Virus record (IMG/VR): IMGVR_UViG_3300033067_001135
Coordinates: 1 to 59,161 of that record
Source: a virus
Lineage: Duplodnaviria > Caudoviricetes
Length of the DNA stretch: 59,161 nucleotides
Reading direction: 5' to 3' (one strand)
Of the stretch, positions 53,812-59,161 are shown piece by piece. Position 1 is the first letter of the stretch; every line of letters starts with the position of its first letter. The notes beneath the pieces were generated by a model. That model was given only the letters and a program-made list of their open reading frames with translations, was not told where the DNA came from and searched no databases. Position numbers and translations under genes: made by a program.

Positions 53812-54393
53812 ATGACCGCACAAGACATCGCCGAAGAGGCATCCATCCTTCTGCGCCGGACGATCGAGACGATCATCGACCATCCGCGCGACCTGAACAT
53901 CGACTACCGTCTGTTGCATGGCCGCGTCGATTTCATCGTGCTGCCGAACATCAACGACCAGGGCAAGGTCGTCGGCAAGATGGGGGCGCACATCAAGGCG
54001 CTGAAGCTGCTGATGTCGTTGCTTGGCGAGCGGCAGGGCGTGCAGTTCGTGCTGCGCCTGGAAGAGGACACGGAAGGCACGCGGTTGCCGGATCCGGTCC
54101 GCAAACCCGCGCAGCCGACCTACAGCTGCTCGGCGCACAAGCAACTGCTGTCCGACATCCTGAAGGCGATCCTGGACGAAGCGCCGTCGGTCACGGTCGA
54201 ACGCGATTTGACGGGCGGGTCGGTGCTCTACGTCTTCCGGATCGAAGCGCAGCGCGTGCAGGATTACGAGCGGCTGGTCGTGCCGGGCGAAGATCAGGAC
54301 GGCCAGACGGTGATCAGCGCGCTGGGCACACTCTTCCGGGCCGCTGGCCTGCGGGATGGCGTCGGCTTTAAGTTGGAGATTCCCAGCCGATGA
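53812..54393 (+). CDS. KhpA-like KH-domain RNA-binding protein (two tandem KH-like units)
   Basis: IIDHPRDLNI...NDQGKVVGKMGAHIKALKLLM (KhpA D.GkvIGk.G..i.Ai). Second degenerate unit AILDEAPSVTV...DGQTVISALGTLFRAAG. Confidence 0.8.
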   Translation: MTAQDIAEEASILLRRTIETIIDHPRDLNIDYRLLHGRVDFIVLPNINDQGKVVGKMGAHIKALKLLMSLLGERQGVQFVLRLEEDTEGTRLPDPVRKPAQPTYSCSAHKQLLSDILKAILDEAPSVTVERDLTGGSVLYVFRIEAQRVQDYERLVVPGEDQDGQTVISALGTLFRAAGLRDGVGFKLEIPSR

Positions 54394-54614
54394 TCCGCGG
54401 GTCTTTATCCGTTGCGAAGCTCGAGGCCGACGGATGGCCGATCTTCTCGCACGTCCATGACCTTTGCGAGCGGGAGGCGGCGCTGCCGTTCGCGCTGAAG
54501 CACATGCGGGAGAACGGCGAGCAGGCCGTGTTCTTCATCCGCCAGGATGGCGCGCACGAAGTTTGGGACCGCGGGCAGTTGGAGAAATGGGCGGCGGGTC
54601 GGCCTGGTCTATGA
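54390..54614 (+). CDS. Hypothetical protein
   Basis: ATGA-coupled ORF. Confidence 0.55.
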   Translation: MIRGSLSVAKLEADGWPIFSHVHDLCEREAALPFALKHMRENGEQAVFFIRQDGAHEVWDRGQLEKWAAGRPGL

Positions 54615-55120
54615 CGACGCAGATCGACGAGCCGGCGACGGAGAAGGCGATCATCCGGTCGCTGATGTCGCGGCGCTTTCCGAAGCACTTCTGCCTGCCG
54701 AATTACAGTCCTTGGCAGTGGTGGGAGTGCGATCTGTTCACGATCACGCCGGCCGGCTACTGGTGGGAGTTCGAAGTGAAGTTGAGCCTGGCAGACTTTC
54801 GAGCCGACGCGAAGAAGACGCAGCAAGTGCCGGGCACGGCCTGGGAGTTCGGGAAATCGCGGCCGATGGAGATGAAGCACGACGTGCTGGCGGCGAGCGG
54901 TCGAGGGCCCGCGCGCTTTCACTACGTCGCGCCGGTCGGCGTGATCCCGGTCGAGATGGTGCCGGCGTGGGCCGGGCTGATCGAACTCAACCAGGTGGGG
55001 AAGGCGTATTACGAGCGGGTGGTTGTCGAGGCCCCGGTCCGCCACAAGAACAAGGTCGACGACTCCGTTCGCCGGCAGGCGCTGGAAACCTGCTACTGGC
55101 GGATGCATCGGATGCTATGA
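54611..55120 (+). CDS. PD-(D/E)XK nuclease-like protein (MmcB-like)
   Basis: ECDLFTI...EFEVKLSLADFRAD...FHYVAP...PAWAGLI. Confidence 0.75.
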   Translation: MTTQIDEPATEKAIIRSLMSRRFPKHFCLPNYSPWQWWECDLFTITPAGYWWEFEVKLSLADFRADAKKTQQVPGTAWEFGKSRPMEMKHDVLAASGRGPARFHYVAPVGVIPVEMVPAWAGLIELNQVGKAYYERVVVEAPVRHKNKVDDSVRRQALETCYWRMHRML

Positions 55121-55401
55121 ATCCAGGTCAGGAAGATCTTTTCGGTGAACCGATCACGAGTCCGGAACCCGTGGCGAACTCGACGAAGCGAAAGAAGACG
55201 CAGCCGAAAGGCTACGCTGCCCCGCCTGGGACCGGGCCGAAGGGCGAGACGTGCAAGACCTGCGAGCACTATTGTCGGATCAGGTATGCGAAAACGTATC
55301 TGAAATGCGCGAAGGTGCGCGCGCGTTGGACGAATGGGCCCGGGACGGACATCCTCGCGAAGTCGCCGGCCTGCGCCTACTGGGAGAAGGCAAAGAAATG
55401 A
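55117..55401 (+). CDS. Small Cys-rich (zinc-binding) protein
   Basis: PGTGPKGETCKTCEH...YLKC...TDI...PAC. Confidence 0.65.
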   Translation: MNPGQEDLFGEPITSPEPVANSTKRKKTQPKGYAAPPGTGPKGETCKTCEHYCRIRYAKTYLKCAKVRARWTNGPGTDILAKSPACAYWEKAKK

Positions 55402-55772
55402 GCGCGATGGACCGGCCGGATCCGGCCGAATTCTACGACACGGCGCTGCGGTTCCTCGTCCCCAGTGAGTCGGATCCGCATGTCAAATACATGGTCGAAC
55501 TCGACAGTTACGCCGGGAATGGCGAATGCGACTGTCCGAATTTCAACTTTCCGCCGAAGGGAATGGAGTTCTCTAAGCGGGATCTCTGTGCCAGGCGGGT
55601 CACGCCGGAGCAGGCGCTGGCAGCCGGCTGGGTGAAGCTGCCGAAGTCGGGCAAGATCGCCGACGCGCTCCGCTGCAAGCACATCGTCAACGGCCGCGAT
55701 GAACTCGCGACGGGCACGATCCGGGTTTTATCACTCCATGCAAAGAAGAACCTACCTAAAACGCAGCAGTAA
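55398..55772 (+). CDS. SWIM zinc-finger protein
   Basis: VPSES...YMV...ECDCPNF...RCKHI. Confidence 0.7.
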   Translation: MSAMDRPDPAEFYDTALRFLVPSESDPHVKYMVELDSYAGNGECDCPNFNFPPKGMEFSKRDLCARRVTPEQALAAGWVKLPKSGKIADALRCKHIVNGRDELATGTIRVLSLHAKKNLPKTQQ

Positions 55773-56238
55773 GCCGTTACGCAGGACCAGGCTGGCGCGG
55801 ATCAGTCCGAAGCGCCGGAAGCAGCGGGCGGTGTATCGCGATGTCCGGCTCGATCATCTGCGGGATCATCCGCTCTGCCAGCTGACGATTGCGTATCATC
55901 GGTTTGACGAGCGGGAAGTGCTGGCGGCGCTCGAAGGTGCCGGCGGCCGGGATCGGTGGGCCGATGTTCATGGTGGCCGGTTTCAGTTCCGGGGCATCAG
56001 CATCCCTTTCGCGACGGAAATCCATCATCGGAACAAGTGCGACGGCGAGCGGCTGACGGATCCGCGGTGGTTCGCCTCGTCGACCAGGCGGCTGCATGAC
56101 TGGGTAGAGGATCACAAGGACCAGGCGCGCCAGGAAGGCTTCCTGCTGCCGTTGGAGGCGGACAAGGACGGCCGGCTGCCCGATGGGTCGCAATGCCTGA
56201 CGACGGACGAATGGATTCGCGCGCGGGCGCGAAAATAG
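55738..56238 (+). CDS. HNH-like nuclease
   Basis: Basic N-terminus, HPLCQ, TEIHHR, LHDWVEDH...A..EGFL. Confidence 0.6.
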   Translation: MQRRTYLKRSSKPLRRTRLARISPKRRKQRAVYRDVRLDHLRDHPLCQLTIAYHRFDEREVLAALEGAGGRDRWADVHGGRFQFRGISIPFATEIHHRNKCDGERLTDPRWFASSTRRLHDWVEDHKDQARQEGFLLPLEADKDGRLPDGSQCLTTDEWIRARARK

Positions 56239-56240
56239 AT

Positions 56241-56272
56241 TTGACGAAGGTAGGTGGTTCCCCCATCAGTGT
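56241..56272 (+). promoter_or_regulatory. sigma70-like promoter
   Basis: TTGACG right after a stop codon in a short intergenic gap; -10 not clear. Confidence 0.4.
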
Positions 56273-56316
56273 TCTCAAGCGGTCAATCCTGATCGTGAGT
56301 CCACCCTACTCTGAAC

Positions 56317-56940
56317 ATGAATGCTATCACCTCGTTTGATAAGAAGTCTGCGAACCTGCTCGGCGATGAAGCCATCGCTCTTTTGAAGATCCTGGAATCG
56401 AAATACGGCGTCAAAATCCGTCCCGCTGGCGGCACGTTCGCCGAAGACAAATTCACGATGAAGGTGGAAATCCGCCTCGTCGGCGAAGGCGCGGAGAAGG
56501 CGGCGTTCGACGCGAACTGCGCGCTGTTTCACTGCAAGCCGGAAGACTACGGTCGCATCGGCATCATCAACGGTCAGAAGATCAAACTCGTCGGGTTCGA
56601 ACTGAAGCGTTCGAAGTTCCCCATCCGCGGCCTCGGTTTGGACACGAACAAGGTCATGCTCTACACGGAAGACGCGCTGTGGAAGAACTGGAAGGTCGAA
56701 GGCGCGATGCGCTTTCACGCGATTGAGACGGGCACGCCGGAGCAGCGCCAGCAGGCGCAGGACGCGGAGATGAAGGCGGTCGGTTTCACGCATCGCGTCA
56801 ACGGGTGGGTGCATCCGGAGGCGGGCGGCTCGGACTATCCGGTCGAGCAGTATTTCAAGGCCAAGCCGACGGACAAGGAAGTCGCGTCGCTGTTCGCCCG
56901 GTCCTGCGTGAAGGATGACTTCAAGATCACCGTGCTCTGA
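56317..56940 (+). CDS. Hypothetical protein
   Basis: 207-aa ORF behind the promoter. Confidence 0.7.
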   Translation: MNAITSFDKKSANLLGDEAIALLKILESKYGVKIRPAGGTFAEDKFTMKVEIRLVGEGAEKAAFDANCALFHCKPEDYGRIGIINGQKIKLVGFELKRSKFPIRGLGLDTNKVMLYTEDALWKNWKVEGAMRFHAIETGTPEQRQQAQDAEMKAVGFTHRVNGWVHPEAGGSDYPVEQYFKAKPTDKEVASLFARSCVKDDFKITVL

Positions 56941-56941
56941 C

Positions 56942-57391
56942 ATGAAACTCTCGAAGAAATTCACCCCGGCGACGCGCTACACGGTCACGCTGACCCATTG
57001 CGCGAATTGCGACATCGGCGGCGGGTATTGGCAGCCCCCGGTCGACCCGAAGAACAAACTCGTCTGCGTTTCGTCCTTGGAGGAAGCGCAGACGGTGTTC
57101 GAGGCGTGGCGTGACCGGAACGGGCTTGGCGGCGGGAACATGGCGCGCGACTGCGGCGATGTTCGCGACGGTGAGCAGCAGGGCAAGGTCATCGCGCGCT
57201 TCAGTTACAACGGCCGTTGCTGGACGCCGTTCGAATACGGTCATCCGGAGCACAAGGAAATCGACGTTCGGACCGGCAAGGTCATGGACGACCGGACGAC
57301 GCTCGAACAGCGCATCGCGAAGGAGTCGGGCATCGAAGACAGCGGCACGATGGAACGGATGTTCGCGGAAAACCCGGACGCTGCCTTCTGA
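56942..57391 (+). CDS. Hypothetical protein
   Basis: NGLGGGN...IARFSYNGRCW motif. Confidence 0.7.
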   Translation: MKLSKKFTPATRYTVTLTHCANCDIGGGYWQPPVDPKNKLVCVSSLEEAQTVFEAWRDRNGLGGGNMARDCGDVRDGEQQGKVIARFSYNGRCWTPFEYGHPEHKEIDVRTGKVMDDRTTLEQRIAKESGIEDSGTMERMFAENPDAAF

Positions 57392-57600
57392 TGGAGTCGA
57401 ACGATAAAGTCACGGTTGCGCGTTTCAGCAGCCCGCTGGCGCGCGACCTTTTTGCGATGGGGGCGGAGTTCATGCGAGACATGGCTTCGCCCCCGATGTC
57501 CGAAGCCGACGCTGGCCGTTCGCGGCGCGCGGCCGAAGCGGACGAGATTTTTACGGAAGGTCACGTTCACCGGAATACGAGGATTCAGCGCCATGAGTAA
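57391..57600 (+). CDS. Hypothetical protein
   Basis: TGATG-coupled ORF. Confidence 0.5.
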   Translation: MESNDKVTVARFSSPLARDLFAMGAEFMRDMASPPMSEADAGRSRRAAEADEIFTEGHVHRNTRIQRHE

Positions 57601-57826
57601 CGATAAGGAGGCGGCGCTGCTGATTCATTTGGAGGTCGAACAGGCGTGCAAGAAGCAGGGCCTTCCGTTCGTCCTGATCATCGGCTTGCCGGACACGGAA
57701 GCGGGGTCGGTGCGGTCGTCCTACGGGCTTATTCATGAGCAGGCGAACCGCGACTTCATGACGGCGCAATTTCTGGATTACATGCACAAGATTTCGCAAC
57801 CAGGCTTTAAGCCGAAGGACAGATGA
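57593..57826 (+). CDS. Hypothetical protein
   Basis: Overlap-coupled ORF (MSNDKEAA...). Confidence 0.55.
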   Translation: MSNDKEAALLIHLEVEQACKKQGLPFVLIIGLPDTEAGSVRSSYGLIHEQANRDFMTAQFLDYMHKISQPGFKPKDR

Positions 57827-57924
57827 TCGACGCGTTCCCGACATTTCTGGCCGTGATCGGCATCGGCTGCGTGATCGTGATTGCGGCGTGTATCGTCTAC
57901 ATCCTGGAACAGGGCGAAAAATGA
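57823..57924 (+). CDS. 33-aa single-TM peptide
   Basis: MIDAFPTFLAVIGIGCVIVIAACIVYILEQGEK*, ATGA-coupled on both sides. Confidence 0.5.
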   Translation: MIDAFPTFLAVIGIGCVIVIAACIVYILEQGEK

Positions 57925-58322
57925 GCACGCAGCACGTCAGCAAGATCGACGACTCGTTCCTGCGCGCCTGCCTGCTGAAGGTGGCATTCCATCCGGAGCA
58001 GTTGCGGCGGTGTCAGGCTATGATCATGTATGCGGCCCTGGAGGGCGGCGAATTCACGGCCGACGAATGTCTGCCAGGAGAAGCGACGACGAAGGATGGC
58101 GGCGAGCAGGATCCGAAGATCGCGGGCATCGCGTTCGGGTCGCTGGCGTCGATGAAGATCATCACCTGGGTCGACCGGAAGAAGGCCGAGCGCGCCAGCC
58201 GGAACGGGGCCTACACGAATGTCTGGATGCTGGCCGAGGGGAAGCGCGAGACGGCGCTGACTTGGCTGGACCGCAATGGCTTCCCGCGTCCGGAAGCCCG
58301 ACAGGCTGAATTTGCGATATGA
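57921..58322 (+). CDS. Hypothetical protein
   Basis: ATGA-coupled ORF (MSTQHVSK...). Confidence 0.6.
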   Translation: MSTQHVSKIDDSFLRACLLKVAFHPEQLRRCQAMIMYAALEGGEFTADECLPGEATTKDGGEQDPKIAGIAFGSLASMKIITWVDRKKAERASRNGAYTNVWMLAEGKRETALTWLDRNGFPRPEARQAEFAI

Positions 58323-58858
58323 AAGCCATCTCACTCTGGCAACCGTGGGCGAGCGCGATCGCTCTCGACCTGAAACATTTCGAGACGCGCAGCTGGCGTC
58401 CGCCGCAGAAGCTGATCGGTCAGCCGCTGGCGATCCATGCGGCGAAGCGGAAGGACGAAACCGGCGTCTGGCGCTGGATGCAGCACAAGCTCGACATCCA
58501 GCCCGGCCAGCAACCCGAGGATTTCCATCCGGCGGCGCTGAACGATGCCGCCGAGTCTTTCCACGCGTTGCCGTTCGGCGCGATTGTCTGCCTGGTCCGC
58601 GTCGAAGCCGTCTGGCAGGTGACGCACCGGGCGAGCACGCTGAAGCAGATCGGCGAGAAGGAAGAGAAGTGGGGCGACTATTCCGAGGGCCGCTATTACT
58701 GGCAGCTGAAGCCGTTCTACATCTTCAAGGATCCGATCCCGTGCATCGGCCGCCAGGGCATCTTCGACTGGACGATTCCGGACGAATGGATGAAGGCCGA
58801 GGCCGACCGGACCGGCCAGCCTGGACTCTTTGAAATCTGGAAGGCTGTGAAGTCGTGA
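58319..58858 (+). CDS. ASCH-domain protein
   Basis: MKAISLWQPWA...KHFETRSW...LAIHAAK...GAIV...PIPCIGRQGIF. Confidence 0.88.
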   Translation: MKAISLWQPWASAIALDLKHFETRSWRPPQKLIGQPLAIHAAKRKDETGVWRWMQHKLDIQPGQQPEDFHPAALNDAAESFHALPFGAIVCLVRVEAVWQVTHRASTLKQIGEKEEKWGDYSEGRYYWQLKPFYIFKDPIPCIGRQGIFDWTIPDEWMKAEADRTGQPGLFEIWKAVKS

Positions 58859-59161
58859 ATTACTACAACGAATTTGATCCTAAAGCCGCTGCGTGGCTTC
58901 GCGAACTGATCAAGGCCGGTCTGATTCCGGCTGGTGATGTCGACGAACGCAGCATCACCGAAGTCAAACCGCATGAACTCGCCAAATACACGCAATGCCA
59001 TTTCTTCGCCGGCATCGGCGGCTGGTCTTTCGCGCTCCGACTCGCCGGAGTCCCTGACGACGCAAAAATCTGGACCGGATCCTGTCCGTGTCAGCCGCTT
59101 TCGAGCGCGGGACTCCGAAAAGGCCATGCCGACGAACGACACTTGTGGCCCGCTTTTTTTA
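58855..59161 (+). CDS. C5-cytosine DNA methyltransferase, N-terminal part (runs off the window end)
   Basis: GTG start. MNYYNEFDPKAAAWLRELI...HFFAGIGGW (motif I)...WTGSCPCQP (catalytic motif IV)...DERHLWPAF. Confidence 0.92.
   Translation, partial: MNYYNEFDPKAAAWLRELIKAGLIPAGDVDERSITEVKPHELAKYTQCHFFAGIGGWSFALRLAGVPDDAKIWTGSCPCQPLSSAGLRKGHADERHLWPAFF

Noticed and set aside
1-59161. Integrated prophage with att sites and host flanks
   Set aside because: No integrase or host housekeeping synteny. def, GroES, sigma and KH genes are embedded singly in phage operons, and both ends fall in one gene.

Overview
A GC-rich, apparently near-complete (circularly permuted) tailed-phage genome with a short-tail, podovirus-type virion module. 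Every well-supported gene is on the + strand. The window starts and ends inside the same C5-cytosine methyltransferase gene. Gene order is: dual-frame C5 MTase, intein-containing SNF2 helicase, HerA-like ATPase, TerS/TerL, portal, peptide deformylase, scaffold, tandem GroES, major capsid, tail tubular A/B, internal (ejection) proteins including a 3490-aa polyvalent protein, a tail-fibre/adhesin operon, a membrane/lysis cassette, recombination and DNA-modification genes (SSAP, SMC/Rad50-like, UvrD, truncated amino-MTase, PAPS-reductase-like), a sigma factor, a KH-domain protein and ASCH. I saw no integrase, DNA polymerase, primase, tRNA or CRISPR array. The most unusual signals are: (1) three consecutive tail-fibre/adhesin genes that all carry Sec-type signal peptides, the fibre also having a C-terminal membrane anchor behind its self-cleaving S74 chaperone; (2) a covarying two-hairpin RNA leader repeated at a fixed distance behind the promoters of the three virion operons; (3) two dual-coding loci, an intein hiding its endonuclease in another frame and an EcoHK31I-type two-frame MTase with tandem modules; (4) a modular ADP-ribosyltransferase-rich ejection protein punctuated by a repeated linker motif; (5) two candidate non-coding RNA loci. 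All calls come from motif reading by eye; no database searches were run.
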